Shown here one piece after another: positions 43,988 through 54,399 of a stretch of 64,000 nt of DNA; position 1 is the stretch's first letter; each line of letters opens with the position of its first letter. A program made the translations under genes and the position numbers. The stretch covers positions 18,333 to 82,332 of the forward strand of contig DRGC01000051.1 in assembly GCA_011050235.1 (NCBI GenBank), written 5' to 3'. The notes under the pieces are model-generated. The model ran no database searches. It was not told the origin of the DNA and saw only the letters and a list, made by a program, of their open reading frames with translations. The DNA is from Phycisphaerae bacterium. GTDB taxonomy: Bacteria > Planctomycetota > Phycisphaerae > SM23-33.

Positions 43988-45388
43988 CTAGCGGGCGAGT
44001 GAGCCCATGGGGTCCCACACCGGCAGGACAATGGGCTTTTTCTTCAGGGCGTCGCGGAGTTTGACGGGCAGGTATTTGCTCTTGGCGGCGATTTCGAACA
44101 TGTGTTCGTTGAACCACGAGTCGTTCATCCGCCAAAAGCCGGCGTTCGCCTTGTCGGTGCCCCAACTGTTCTCCACGCGCCATCGCCGCGGCTTGCCGCC
44201 GACGATGTCCACGCCGGTAAAGAGCATCGCGTGACTCATCGCCGTCGAGCCGTAGTGCAGCCGGGCGGCCTTGTCCATCGACAGGCCCATGTCGTAGATG
44301 CTCTCGAAGTCCTGCACTTCGGCGTCCCATAGGCCCGTGTCGCGGTGCATCATGTGCCCGACGTCGCAGCCGAACCACACCGGCTCGCCGTCCTGCAGCG
44401 TCTTCATGGTGATCCGCTTCATCAGCTCGACGTCGATGTTCAGGTAGATCACTCGCTGGCCGCCGACGACGTTGCCGAGGTGCTCGACGGTGAAGGTCCG
44501 CCCGACGGGGCTGGTCGGGCGCGGATCGTGGACCAGGCACACGTAGTCGTCGATATCCACGGTGACGTAGGTCTCGGCGAAACGCTTGGGCGTCATGCCG
44601 CGCTGACGGTGAAGCTTGTCGGACTTGTCGGTCCACTGCCAATCGAACTTCTCGGGGGGCGTGCCCAGGTGAATGCACAGAATGCGATGCACCTCGCTGA
44701 GCATCTCGGCCTTGGCGGCCCGCAGGTCGGCCAGCTTGGCGCCGCCCGCGAACATGTCCCGCAGCACCTTCGCGCCCAGGCGGAGCTTTCGGATGAGGAT
44801 ATTGTTCATCGAGCCGGTGCTGGATGAGCTTTGGGTCTCCGGCATGATGGTCTTGGGGACGAGTCCGTGCCGGTGGACCAGGCTGATGAACATGTTCCAT
44901 TGCCCGCCGTCGTCGACGGGGTGCTGGATCAGGTGTTTGACCGTCCGGTCGTCGATATCCCGGTCGGCGGTGTCGATCATGGCCTCCAGGAAGAAGTTGG
45001 CCTTTTCCAGCTTGTCCCAAAACAGCGGGTAGTTCTGGCTGAACTCGAAGTTGTCGAGCTTGAGCTTCTTCATGGCGCCGACGCGGAAGAGGTTCATCGC
45101 CGCGAACATCCAGCATCGGCCCGAGCCCTTCTGGTTGGTGGCCGTCCACTTATCCAGCTTGATCGAATAGGAGTGTTCGGCGTCTTTGGTCACGTCATGT
45201 CGCCAGGCCAGGCCATCGACACTGGTGTGCGTGATGGCGTTCTGCATCACGCTGTAGATGGGCTTGGCCAGAAAGTCCTGGCGCATCTGTTGGATCATCG
45301 GCCTGGTGAGCTTGGCCGGCGCTGCGGGGGGTTGCCGACGGGGTTTACGTTTGGGGGCGGTCTTACGTTTTCGTGACTTGGCGACCAT
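43988..45388 (-). CDS. pepC: Aminopeptidase C / bleomycin hydrolase (peptidase family C1B)
   Basis: Active-site QKGSGRCWMFAAMN (Q...C of the papain family) and a C-terminal His/Asn region (VENSWG). Confidence 0.85.
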   Translation of the reverse strand: MVAKSRKRKTAPKRKPRRQPPAAPAKLTRPMIQQMRQDFLAKPIYSVMQNAITHTSVDGLAWRHDVTKDAEHSYSIKLDKWTATNQKGSGRCWMFAAMNLFRVGAMKKLKLDNFEFSQNYPLFWDKLEKANFFLEAMIDTADRDIDDRTVKHLIQHPVDDGGQWNMFISLVHRHGLVPKTIMPETQSSSSTGSMNNILIRKLRLGAKVLRDMFAGGAKLADLRAAKAEMLSEVHRILCIHLGTPPEKFDWQWTDKSDKLHRQRGMTPKRFAETYVTVDIDDYVCLVHDPRPTSPVGRTFTVEHLGNVVGGQRVIYLNIDVELMKRITMKTLQDGEPVWFGCDVGHMMHRDTGLWDAEVQDFESIYDMGLSMDKAARLHYGSTAMSHAMLFTGVDIVGGKPRRWRVENSWGTDKANAGFWRMNDSWFNEHMFEIAAKSKYLPVKLRDALKKKPIVLPVWDPMGSLAR

Positions 45389-46661
45389 GGGGCGCCTCCT
45401 GATCGACTGGGCGTATAGTCGGCGAAGGTCCGACCTCTGCGCCAGCGCCCTGTGCGTTGCCCGGCTTGGCTGGGTCGGGTCGGAGGCACCGCTGCAGCGT
45501 CAACACCGCAAAGGCCGTTCCGTATTCCTGGTGGTACTGATAGTTGATGAAGTCCCACCACGAGCCGTCCTTCTCCTGCTTATCCAGCAACAGGTGGGCG
45601 AGGAAGTCCTGGTGGTATGCCCGCTCCTGGGCGGGCAGGAGGTCCATGCAGACGGCGGCGTAGTAGTGGCCGTAGTAGTAGAAGTATCCGGCGATGGCGT
45701 AGTGCGACGCGTGCGGCATGTAGGTCTTGCGGGCCATCGACAGCCACCCGTTGCGGGCGTAGAGGCGTTTGAGCCACGTTCGGATCACCGCCTGCGTCGT
45801 GCGCGGATCGCCCCACAGGTACATCGCGGCATTGCAGGCCTGGGATCGGGCGAGGCTGCCGGCGGGCTTGGAGAGCTTGTGGGTGGTCTCCTTGTGGCCG
45901 ATGTACATGTGGTAGTCGAACGTGCCGTTGGGATTGCGCGCATAGCGCAGCGCCATCATGCCGAGCTTGGTTGTCGCTTTCGGCACGTCATAGCCGGCCT
46001 GTTGCGCCTCATGCAGCGCGATCATCACCGTGGCCGTCATGAAGCTGGTCGCCACGATGTTGGGCGGGGTGGAGACGCGCCTGTTGTAGTTGTAATAGCC
46101 CCATCCACCGGTGATTGATTGATACCGGCTGAGCAGGTGGATTTGCAGGCGGGTCAGCTCGGCCAGCACCTCGCGGCGCTGGTCGGTCAGGCCCGGCCGC
46201 CGGGCCAGGCCCAAGAGCGCGTGAATCGCATAGGCATGCGCCCAGTTGTTGTAGAGCGTGGGAATCGAATCGCGCCGGACCTTTATCAGGTTGGCCGCCA
46301 CCCACTGCTCGGCGCGATCCAAGGCAGCGGTGATCCGAGGGTCGTCCCCTTCGGCGGCCAGCAGGGCCATGATGCACAGCATGGACGTGCCGGTCTTGAA
46401 CGCGCGATGCCCGCCGGGCACGGGACACAGAATGGTCACCGGCTTGGTGTCGGAGGATCCCCACGAGCCGTCCCGCCACTGCCGGTCCAGCAGGAACTCG
46501 ATCCCTCGGTCGACGGCGCCTTGGACAGCCTGCTGGTCGGGTGGGGCAATCGGGAGTGGTGTCGGGCCGAGGGTGGCCGGGTCGGTCGGGCCGGCGCAGC
46601 CGGCCGCGCACACCCCCCCGCACATGACGACCAGGATACCCCAAGGCCAACGCACCTTCAT
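45363..46661 (-). CDS. Putative lipoprotein with prenyltransferase/squalene-oxidase-like repeats
   Basis: Lipobox-like signal peptide (ILVVMCGGVCAAGCAG). Repeated aromatic/Gly-rich segments (DGSWG, TGGWGYYNY, DGSWWDF) typical of terpenoid-cyclase-fold repeats. Confidence 0.5.
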   Translation of the reverse strand: MKVRWPWGILVVMCGGVCAAGCAGPTDPATLGPTPLPIAPPDQQAVQGAVDRGIEFLLDRQWRDGSWGSSDTKPVTILCPVPGGHRAFKTGTSMLCIMALLAAEGDDPRITAALDRAEQWVAANLIKVRRDSIPTLYNNWAHAYAIHALLGLARRPGLTDQRREVLAELTRLQIHLLSRYQSITGGWGYYNYNRRVSTPPNIVATSFMTATVMIALHEAQQAGYDVPKATTKLGMMALRYARNPNGTFDYHMYIGHKETTHKLSKPAGSLARSQACNAAMYLWGDPRTTQAVIRTWLKRLYARNGWLSMARKTYMPHASHYAIAGYFYYYGHYYAAVCMDLLPAQERAYHQDFLAHLLLDKQEKDGSWWDFINYQYHQEYGTAFAVLTLQRCLRPDPAKPGNAQGAGAEVGPSPTIRPVDQEAPHGRQVTKT

Positions 46662-46685
46662 GCCAACCGGTCTTTCCACGCGCCG

Positions 46686-48206
46686 CTACTTGGGCTCGTC
46701 GGGCTTGTCCAGCAGGATCACATCGCCGGCAGCCAGGCCTTCGACGATCTCCACGTCATCGCCCTTGCTGCGCCCCACCGTGACCGACTGCTTGACCGTT
46801 TCCTCGCCGCGCTGGACGTACACGTAGCGCAGGTCCTCGTCGTCGTCTTCGTGGAAGACCGCCTTGGCGGGGGCCAACAAGGCGTCGGCCTTGTCGTAGG
46901 CGACGAGCTTCAGCCCGCACGTCATGCCCGGGGTAACGGGCCCGACGTCGCCATCGATGGCGATCTTGACGGTGAACTGACCCGCCCCCGGCGGCAGGAT
47001 GATGACGTCGGTAACCTTGCCCTGAAGCTTCTGTGTAGGATAGCCGGTCGGCGTAATCTTGGCGGCCTGGTCGACCTTCAGGTTGTGCAGGTCGCTCTCG
47101 CCCGCCTGGGCTCGGATCAGCATGCCCTCGGGCTGGACCAGGGTCATGAAGACCTCCAGCGAGCCGATCCGTCCACCCCTGCGGAGCTTGCCGTCCATCT
47201 GCCCGGCCGTGGGCCAAGCGCCTCGAAGGCACTTGCCGTAGTAAACAATGCCGTCAGCCGGCGCCCGGACGACCATCATCTCACGGTCGGCCTTCAACTC
47301 GACCAGCTTGCGGTCGGCCTTGGCCTGGTCGTAGAGCATCTTCTTGATCTTGAGGCGCTTTTCCTCCATCTGCATCGGCAGCAACATCTGAGCCTTGTCC
47401 CAGGCGATCTCGGCGTCTTTGTGGTTTTTCGCCTCGGTTTCGCGCCGGCGCAGGAAGTCCCGATCCTTGCGACGGGTGTGGCGCATATCGCTGACCTTGC
47501 TATCGATCCGCGTCCGGTCCAGGAAGTACTCATTACGCTTGAGAACAATCGCTTCGGTGTCGTCGACGAGTTCGTCGGCCTTGTACATCTGGCGAAGCTG
47601 CTTGACCTCTTCTTCGGCGGCCTCCAGGCGAAGCGCCAGCCCGCGCCCGTCCAACACGTAGTACCGATCCTCGTAGGGAATGACCAGATCAAGAAAGTCC
47701 TGGTACTGCTCGTCGGCGATGCGCTTGCTGCGCTGGGCCCAGGTCACCGCATCTGGCGAGGCGGCCTCGGCGAAGCGCAGGCTCTCCTTGGCCTGCTTCA
47801 GTGCCAAGGCGGTCAGGGCCGACGAAGCTTCGGTGTCGGCGAGTTGCTGATCGATGTCGCGCATCCTCAGCCAGAGCAGTTGGTCGCCTTTTTTGACGAC
47901 GGTTCCCGGCGGGGCCGCCCGCTCGACAACCAGGGCGCTCCACACCTTGGGCTCCAACGACACGGGCGTCATGCGGGCCGCTTCGAAGACGCCCTTCAGG
48001 TCGATCTCGATCTTCAGCCGCTTGGGCTCGACGGTAAACGTTTCGGGAGCGGGCTTGGTCTCCGGCTCGGCCGCCGGGGCGGAGGCGGGTTGGGCCTCGT
48101 CGGTGGCCGCCTTGGGAACCACTTCCAGAGGCGGACGATCCGCCGTCGCCGGAGAAACGATCAGCGCCAACAGGGCAACGAGAACTAAACAGCACGTGCT
48201 ACGCAT
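46686..48206 (-). CDS. HlyD-family periplasmic adaptor (membrane fusion protein)
   Basis: Signal peptide, long coiled-coil (QQLADTEASSALTALALKQAKESLRFAEA...), and a C-terminal beta-barrel/lipoyl-like region (GMTCGLKLVAYDKADALLAP). Confidence 0.7.
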   Translation of the reverse strand: MRSTCCLVLVALLALIVSPATADRPPLEVVPKAATDEAQPASAPAAEPETKPAPETFTVEPKRLKIEIDLKGVFEAARMTPVSLEPKVWSALVVERAAPPGTVVKKGDQLLWLRMRDIDQQLADTEASSALTALALKQAKESLRFAEAASPDAVTWAQRSKRIADEQYQDFLDLVIPYEDRYYVLDGRGLALRLEAAEEEVKQLRQMYKADELVDDTEAIVLKRNEYFLDRTRIDSKVSDMRHTRRKDRDFLRRRETEAKNHKDAEIAWDKAQMLLPMQMEEKRLKIKKMLYDQAKADRKLVELKADREMMVVRAPADGIVYYGKCLRGAWPTAGQMDGKLRRGGRIGSLEVFMTLVQPEGMLIRAQAGESDLHNLKVDQAAKITPTGYPTQKLQGKVTDVIILPPGAGQFTVKIAIDGDVGPVTPGMTCGLKLVAYDKADALLAPAKAVFHEDDDEDLRYVYVQRGEETVKQSVTVGRSKGDDVEIVEGLAAGDVILLDKPDEPK

Positions 48207-48248
48207 GGTTGTTCCTTTCGAAACGAAAGTCGTAACGACCGTTCACAC

Positions 48249-48830
48249 TCATGACACCATCGCCGCTTCCACCTGCTGACAGATCGCATGGTAGATCACG
48301 ACGTGGGCCTCCTGGATTCGCGGCGTCAAGCTTGAGGGCACGTCCAGCAGGACATCGGCCAGGGCCGCACATTGGCCCCCACCGTCGCCGGTCATCGCAA
48401 TGGTTTTCATCTCCATCCGCCGGGCTATGTCGAGGGCAGCCACAACGTTGGCCGAATTGCCCGAGGTGGAAATCCCCCACGCCACGTCACCGGCCCGCCC
48501 CTTGCCTTCCAGCTGTCGGGCAAACACATGCTCGAATCCAAAATCGTTGCCGATCGCCGTCATCGTGGAGGTATCGGTGGTGAGCGTCTCAGCCCGAAAA
48601 GGCTTGCGGTCCACCAGAAATCGCCCGAGCAGTTCCCCGGCGATGTGCTGAGCGTCGGCAGCCGATCCGCCGTTGCCGAACAGGTACACCCCTCCATCGG
48701 CGCGTAGGGCTTCAACCAACACGCCCGTGGCGGCGACGATCCGATCCGCCAGATGCTCTCCGGCTCGGCCGATGACATCGAGGGATTCATCAAAGCAGCG
48801 GGTTACATTATCGAGTGTTGGCGCGCCCAT
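48249..48830 (-). CDS. gmhA: D-sedoheptulose-7-phosphate isomerase (SIS domain)
   Basis: LFGNGGSAADAQHIAGEL and GISTSGNSANVVAAL motifs of GmhA/DiaA-family SIS proteins. Confidence 0.8.
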   Translation of the reverse strand: MGAPTLDNVTRCFDESLDVIGRAGEHLADRIVAATGVLVEALRADGGVYLFGNGGSAADAQHIAGELLGRFLVDRKPFRAETLTTDTSTMTAIGNDFGFEHVFARQLEGKGRAGDVAWGISTSGNSANVVAALDIARRMEMKTIAMTGDGGGQCAALADVLLDVPSSLTPRIQEAHVVIYHAICQQVEAAMVS

Positions 48831-49043
48831 CTACCGACTCCCATCGGGCCGGTCATCGGCCCGAAGACGAGAGGCCATGATAGGCGAGCGGCCCTGGAAA
48901 AGAAATCGAAACATTTCCGCGATGCCCCCCCCAGCGGGACCGGACCTTTCAACACAGCTAAGGCGGAAAAGCTCGACACGCCCCCGTCACAACAGGTATT
49001 CTACTCGCGACAAGATCGTCACGTCTGCCGCCTCAAGGGAACG

Positions 49044-49544
49044 ATGATGAACGATACGATGCCGGATACGACCGCCCCCCCGCCCAAGCCCCCCTCATCT
49101 CCGCCGGGCCAGCGATGGGTCCGGATGGGCTTTGTCGTTGTGGTGATCGTGGTGGCCGGGGCCCTTTACATCAAGCAACGCAGCGTGCCGCCGCCTCGGG
49201 GATGGTCGGAGAACCTCGACGCGGCGCTGCATCAGGCCCGCACCGAAGGCCGTAAGACCGTGGTGCTGTTCGTCGATCATCCCATCGGATATTACGGACG
49301 AAAACTCATCCGGACCACGCTGGCCAAGCCCGGCAACCGCAAGGCCTTGAAGGACGGCAAGTTCGTCGCTGTCATGGTGAGGCTGAAGGGCAAGGCGAAG
49401 AAGGATTTGATGGCCAAGTACAAGCTCCGTGAACTGCCCACACTGCTGCTGCTGGATCCGAAGGGCAAGGAACTCAATCGGCGTGAAAAGGAACACACCC
49501 TCCCGGAAGTGCCGTTCCGCGGGAAGTTCCTCAAAGGCCTGTAA
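49044..49544 (+). CDS. Membrane-anchored thioredoxin-fold-like protein (no CxxC)
   Basis: ATG at 49044 with AAGGGA RBS. N-terminal Pro-rich segment and TM helix (FVVVVIVVAGALYI), then a TlpA/thioredoxin-like beta-alpha pattern (KTVVLFVDHP...LPTLLLLDPKGKEL). Confidence 0.4.
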   Translation: MMNDTMPDTTAPPPKPPSSPPGQRWVRMGFVVVVIVVAGALYIKQRSVPPPRGWSENLDAALHQARTEGRKTVVLFVDHPIGYYGRKLIRTTLAKPGNRKALKDGKFVAVMVRLKGKAKKDLMAKYKLRELPTLLLLDPKGKELNRREKEHTLPEVPFRGKFLKGL

Positions 49545-49572
49545 CCCCCCAACAGCGGGGCCGGCGCAGGGG

Positions 49573-50550
49573 CTACGGTAGGGTGTCGACGATGACCTCG
49601 TAGGCATCCGGATGGCCCGGAGGCAGTTGCTCATCGTCGATGCCGTAGACAAACCGGATCGCCTTGGGCCAGTTGTGCGGGTTGCGGGCCGTCCACAGGG
49701 CGCGATAGCCGCCGCCGGAGGCAAACTCGGTGGCGTTGGCGCCCTGATCCCCCCATGAGTCGTTCCTGCCTCTGATCACGTAAGTATCGAGACGTTGGTC
49801 CCGGTCTATGCCATACCAGTTGAAGCCGCCCACTGGCTTGCCCTCTGGCCCCACCGGCGCGGACCCATCGGTCCAGGTGATACTGAGGTAGGTGATGTCG
49901 CCGGTGACGACTTTCCACAGGTCAGCGGCCCCGGTGATGGTCGTCGGCGGCATGGCCACGGGGATGATGCTCCGGGCGAGGACACCGCTGGCGAGGGTGT
50001 TGGCGGCAAAACGATCGGAGGATTTGACGTCCGCCAGCGTGAGGTAGTTTGTCGAGATTCTCGTCACCAGGTCCTCTGGCGAGCCGGTTCCTTCGGTCTT
50101 GAAGATGTACTCCGGCCTCCACAGGACGTCGATGGGTGCGGCCACTCCGCCTGTTCGCTGGACTAAGCCGTAAGCTATGATCGAGCCGTATCCTTTGGCG
50201 TCGCCCAGAATGCTCCGCGAGGGGTCTCCCGCACAGAGCACGACCCCCGCGTGCCCGTTGTTGCTCGAAATGCACAAGAAGCCGTCCCGCGTCATGCGTC
50301 GAAAATCTCGCCGAATGATCTCGGAGATCACCGATGCACGATGATTGGCTCGGATGCCCCTGTGGGCCATCGTGGTGATCCGCCTACACTGCAACAAGAC
50401 ATTGGCGAACGCCGACAGGATGATGCCCAGCGTAGCGACGGTCACCAGCATCTCGATGATGGTGAATCCCCGCATTGCAGCCGAACGGCTGCCAGCGCGT
50501 CGCGGCGCGTGGTTCGATGAGCTATCGCTTGATCCATACATTTGCATCAT
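49573..50550 (-). CDS. Prepilin-type N-terminal cleavage/methylation domain protein (pseudopilin/minor pilin-like)
   Basis: Class III signal ...AAMRG|FTIIEMLVTVATLGIIL. Confidence 0.75.
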   Translation of the reverse strand: MMQMYGSSDSSSNHAPRRAGSRSAAMRGFTIIEMLVTVATLGIILSAFANVLLQCRRITTMAHRGIRANHRASVISEIIRRDFRRMTRDGFLCISSNNGHAGVVLCAGDPSRSILGDAKGYGSIIAYGLVQRTGGVAAPIDVLWRPEYIFKTEGTGSPEDLVTRISTNYLTLADVKSSDRFAANTLASGVLARSIIPVAMPPTTITGAADLWKVVTGDITYLSITWTDGSAPVGPEGKPVGGFNWYGIDRDQRLDTYVIRGRNDSWGDQGANATEFASGGGYRALWTARNPHNWPKAIRFVYGIDDEQLPPGHPDAYEVIVDTLP

Positions 50551-50572
50551 ATCGCTCCGGGTATGTGGGTCC

Positions 50573-51331
50573 CTATCGCCAGTCCAGAGGCACGCGCGTC
50601 ACCATCGCCATCAACGCCGGGCTGTAGCGGCCTTCATCCTCTTCCTTGACGACATACAGGTACGCGCTTGTCGTGCCCTCGTCGGGGGTGAACTTAATCT
50701 TTCGATTCACCACGGCCGTGTTGGCGTATCCTTCAGACTGGAAAATCTGACGCACGAAGACAAACTCACCGGTCGCCCGATCGAACACGGGCGAGTCGAT
50801 CCGGAACGCGTCGCTGGAGACCGGGCCAATCCTGATGGAAGCCCCGGCCACCGTCGCAACCGTCCCGATGACCCGAACAAGCTTGCCCGCTGAAACCGGC
50901 GCGCGCCGCCTGTAGGCCACCGCGCCGAGTTGATGGCCCTCTTTCGTCTCCGGGTCGTCATCTACGTCGATGTATCGGTAGACAAGGACAAACCCAAACG
51001 GCGAAGACGTGTCCCCTTGCGGAAAGCGGCACATATAACTGTTGAAGTAGTCCACGTGCGCGGCGTCGGCCAGCACCGTCAACCTCCCGGCGGCGTTCTC
51101 GGGATTCGACGCGGCGCCAGAGGCAAACCTTGCCTTGGTCAAGGCGATGCCGTTCTCGCAGATGATGGCGCCCAGTATGTCCCGCACCGACCGCCGGTTG
51201 ATTTCCATCGCCGCGGGGAACAGGGAGGCCGCCATCACCAGACCCACCAACAGAATGCCTATGGCGATCATCAACTCCGCCAGCGAAAAGCCTCGTCTGC
51301 GCCGTATGAACTGTCTTGTCGGTTGCCGCAT
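50573..51331 (-). CDS. Prepilin-type N-terminal cleavage/methylation domain protein
   Basis: RRRG|FSLAELMIAIGILLVGL. Confidence 0.75.
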   Translation of the reverse strand: MRQPTRQFIRRRRGFSLAELMIAIGILLVGLVMAASLFPAAMEINRRSVRDILGAIICENGIALTKARFASGAASNPENAAGRLTVLADAAHVDYFNSYMCRFPQGDTSSPFGFVLVYRYIDVDDDPETKEGHQLGAVAYRRRAPVSAGKLVRVIGTVATVAGASIRIGPVSSDAFRIDSPVFDRATGEFVFVRQIFQSEGYANTAVVNRKIKFTPDEGTTSAYLYVVKEEDEGRYSPALMAMVTRVPLDWR

Positions 51332-51344
51332 GATCAGGTCCTCG

Positions 51345-52628
51345 CTACTCGGCTATCAACTCGCCCATGTGGACATTGACGGAAATCAGACGCGCCGTCT
51401 TGTTCAAGAAACTGATACCGTCGTCACGGGCACTGCGAAACTTGGCATAGTTGAACATCGTAATGACGCTCACTCCCGGCTCGCCCCAGGTTACGCCTTG
51501 GGCGTCCATCTTGTTGGCAACCGCCTTATTCCACAGCCGCTTGCTGCCTGCCACCAGCGTATTGCTCAGGAGCACCTTCTGCCCGTTGGGCAGGCTGGTC
51601 AACATGCCATGCGGCGAAAAGACCACGGAAAAACTGGTGAAATCATTGCTCTGTTCGTTCACCGGATCGTAGGCCCCCCCGTCGAAGACGCCGGACGAAA
51701 AGCTGTTCGTGGTCCCGTTGAACGTCCCCGCCGTCCCGCCAAAACCAGATGTCACCAGTTCGCCAAAAGCCATCGAGCCCGGGATCCTCTTGAGCGACTG
51801 GCCTGTCGCCATCGCAAAGGCGTTGAGACCGCTATTGGTCGCCAGCAACACGCCTCCCACCACGACCGTGCCATTGGCCCCATTGGCGCGAACGGCTACC
51901 TTTGCCACGCCCTCCTTGTTGAAGGGAAACTCGCCCAGCAAAACCCATCGCCGGCTGGCAATGGTCTGGTCCACAAGGATCGTATGAACGCTCTGCCCGG
52001 AATCGTCCCTCACGTGAGAGACGGTCACCGGCGTGTTGGTGGCCATCTTCCACTCTGGATCGTCGGTCTCCCCGCTGCCGTCGCTTTCCCATCGTCCCCA
52101 GCGCATGTAGACTTTGTACTCGGCTATACCGGAGGCATGCGGCAACTGCTCGCCCGGCATGGTGAACGTCAAGGTTGCCGACGTATTCCACGTACCCGTC
52201 GTATTGTCGTAGTTGTCGAACTGCATGTGCCCGTCGGTATCGGTCGCCCCGCTTTCTTCATCCCAACCGGCGCCCGATACATGAAGCGGGTCCACGTCGG
52301 CGAAGATCGATCTGCTGTCGTACGTCTCCTCCCCCTCCGTCAGGACCGCCACAACGAATCGGTCCTTGAGACGTTCGTTGCCCCGCGCGGTTGTGTCGAT
52401 GCGCTGGTGGTGCACACCCGAATACAACTGGTTGAAAACCGCCGTCGCCCGAGCCCCGCGAAGTTGAGCCGCCATCAGATTCTCAGCCTGGGCATAGGCG
52501 TTCGCATCGACGATCTTCATAATGCTGGGCATCGCCGCCGTCGCCACCATGATGACTAGGCCCAACACAATCGTCATCTCAACCAGCGTCAGACCGCGCT
52601 GACGGATTAACCGGCTCTTGTTGCCCAT
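51345..52628 (-). CDS. Prepilin-type N-terminal cleavage/methylation domain protein
   Basis: RQRG|LTLVEMTIVLGLVIM. Confidence 0.75.
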   Translation of the reverse strand: MGNKSRLIRQRGLTLVEMTIVLGLVIMVATAAMPSIMKIVDANAYAQAENLMAAQLRGARATAVFNQLYSGVHHQRIDTTARGNERLKDRFVVAVLTEGEETYDSRSIFADVDPLHVSGAGWDEESGATDTDGHMQFDNYDNTTGTWNTSATLTFTMPGEQLPHASGIAEYKVYMRWGRWESDGSGETDDPEWKMATNTPVTVSHVRDDSGQSVHTILVDQTIASRRWVLLGEFPFNKEGVAKVAVRANGANGTVVVGGVLLATNSGLNAFAMATGQSLKRIPGSMAFGELVTSGFGGTAGTFNGTTNSFSSGVFDGGAYDPVNEQSNDFTSFSVVFSPHGMLTSLPNGQKVLLSNTLVAGSKRLWNKAVANKMDAQGVTWGEPGVSVITMFNYAKFRSARDDGISFLNKTARLISVNVHMGELIAE

Positions 52629-53062
52629 TCCGAACTCCCAACTGGTTCCGTAACGGCCGTAAGTTCCGCCCCCACAGCATTCGCCGTATTATATTGATGC
52701 CAGCGCCCCCAAAGCAAGCATGCCTTGAATCATGCTCATCCTCCCGCCGGCCCCGACAGCCCCCAAGCCAACGCTCGCAACCCAGAGCCACGACCTGTGT
52801 TGCATAAGTTGGGCAGGCCACGACCAAGCCCGAACAGAGCCTGCATCACACGAATCACGGCCAGATATGCCCGAAAACAGCCTGGACACCTGGTACGCGG
52901 GGCGCGATGTCGGGCGGGCACCTGCGCGTGAAACCAAGCCGGAACGGCCGGGATGCAGCGCGACCCGTCGCCGGAGAGCGAGGTGACAGCCGCAGACCTT
53001 ATCCTGGCCTGATAAGCTCGCGCCAACGGGCGCCACGGGAGTGATAATCGATGATCGTCCGG

Positions 53063-54307
53063 TCAGGCGTCGTCATTCTTCCGCGCTGGGCTGTGGCGGG
53101 CCGCCCCGGAGGCCATCTGGCCGCTTGCATGGCGAGGTGGGGGTGTGACCATACCCAGATATATGAACACACCCCAAACGATAGCCAGCAAGAGCGTGTA
53201 GAGCACCATCGCCCAACGCAGCTGCATGAAGAACGCCGCCAGCACACCCACAGCCGCCGCCAGCGCCGCCAGCGCGTAGAACAGCGCCACGACTTGCCGA
53301 ACCGTCATGCCGCGATCGACCAGTTGATCGTACAGATGGCCGCGGTCGCCGGCGAAGATGCTTTGACGACTCAACAACCGCCGCACCACCGCTAAGGCCG
53401 TATCCAGAATCGGCAGGGCAAAGACCACCATCGCCGCCGCTAGCCACCGGGCCGTGCCCTCCTGGCAGAACAGCGCCATCATCGTCGCCACGAAAAACCC
53501 CAGCAGCATGCTGCCGGCGTCGCCCATGAAAATGCTCGCCGGGGGAATGTTGTAGGGCAGGAACCCCAGCACCGCCCCAACCATCGCCAGACACAGCCCG
53601 ACCCGTAGCGAATCGACACTTGCAAACCGCGCATACATCGCCAGATGCACCGCCAGCGCCAGAAACCCCAACGCAATAATGCCCGTCACCCCGCTGGCCA
53701 GACCGTCCAAGCCGTCCAGCAGGTTTGTCGCATTGCAGGTGCAGATCACCATGAACAGGCACATCAGGCCGCTTATGGCCGCCACCAGCCATACCGGCAA
53801 CTGCAGCGGAATCAGCGTCAGGAACACATCGGCCATCCGCGCCCCCACGCCGCCAATCAGCAGCACACCGGCCGCGACGATCTGCCCCAAGACCTTTTGC
53901 CCCGGCCGAATGCCCTTCACGTCGTCCCACAGGCCGACAGCCATAATAATCACGCTGGCCAGCGCAATGTGGATCAGGTGCCACAACGGGTTGTTCACCA
54001 GCAGCGACCACTCGCCCGACCTGACGGCATGGCCGATGACCCGCCACTGCCCTGCCATGCCGGCATCGGTCAGCACATAGGCCGCCAACCCACCCAACAG
54101 GCCCGCACAAATACCGACGCCGCCCAGGTACGCAATGGGCCGGCCGTGCGGCTTGAGCAAATCGTCCGGGCGGTCGACAAGCTTCGCCCGATATGCCACC
54201 ATCCGGACGATGGGCGTTATCACCAGAGACACGCCCAACGCAATAGCGCCGATCCACCAATTGCTGAGTACTTCGGTCCAGGTATTCGAAGGTATCATGA
54301 CACACAA
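53063..54307 (-). CDS. Polyprenyl-phosphate N-acetylhexosamine-1-phosphate transferase (WecA/MraY/TagO family, GT4 class)
   Basis: Ten-plus TM helices and the family motif CNATNLLDGLDGLASG. The cytoplasmic loop bears the DD...D pattern. Confidence 0.8.
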   Translation of the reverse strand: MCVMIPSNTWTEVLSNWWIGAIALGVSLVITPIVRMVAYRAKLVDRPDDLLKPHGRPIAYLGGVGICAGLLGGLAAYVLTDAGMAGQWRVIGHAVRSGEWSLLVNNPLWHLIHIALASVIIMAVGLWDDVKGIRPGQKVLGQIVAAGVLLIGGVGARMADVFLTLIPLQLPVWLVAAISGLMCLFMVICTCNATNLLDGLDGLASGVTGIIALGFLALAVHLAMYARFASVDSLRVGLCLAMVGAVLGFLPYNIPPASIFMGDAGSMLLGFFVATMMALFCQEGTARWLAAAMVVFALPILDTALAVVRRLLSRQSIFAGDRGHLYDQLVDRGMTVRQVVALFYALAALAAAVGVLAAFFMQLRWAMVLYTLLLAIVWGVFIYLGMVTPPPRHASGQMASGAARHSPARKNDDA

Positions 54308-54399
54308 CGTCCGGTCGCCCCTGCCTTGGGGCGTCTTCGATAAGTCTGTCTAACTGTAGCCTTGCGGCGTTGACGCGACAACGCTTTTGTCCGCATAGG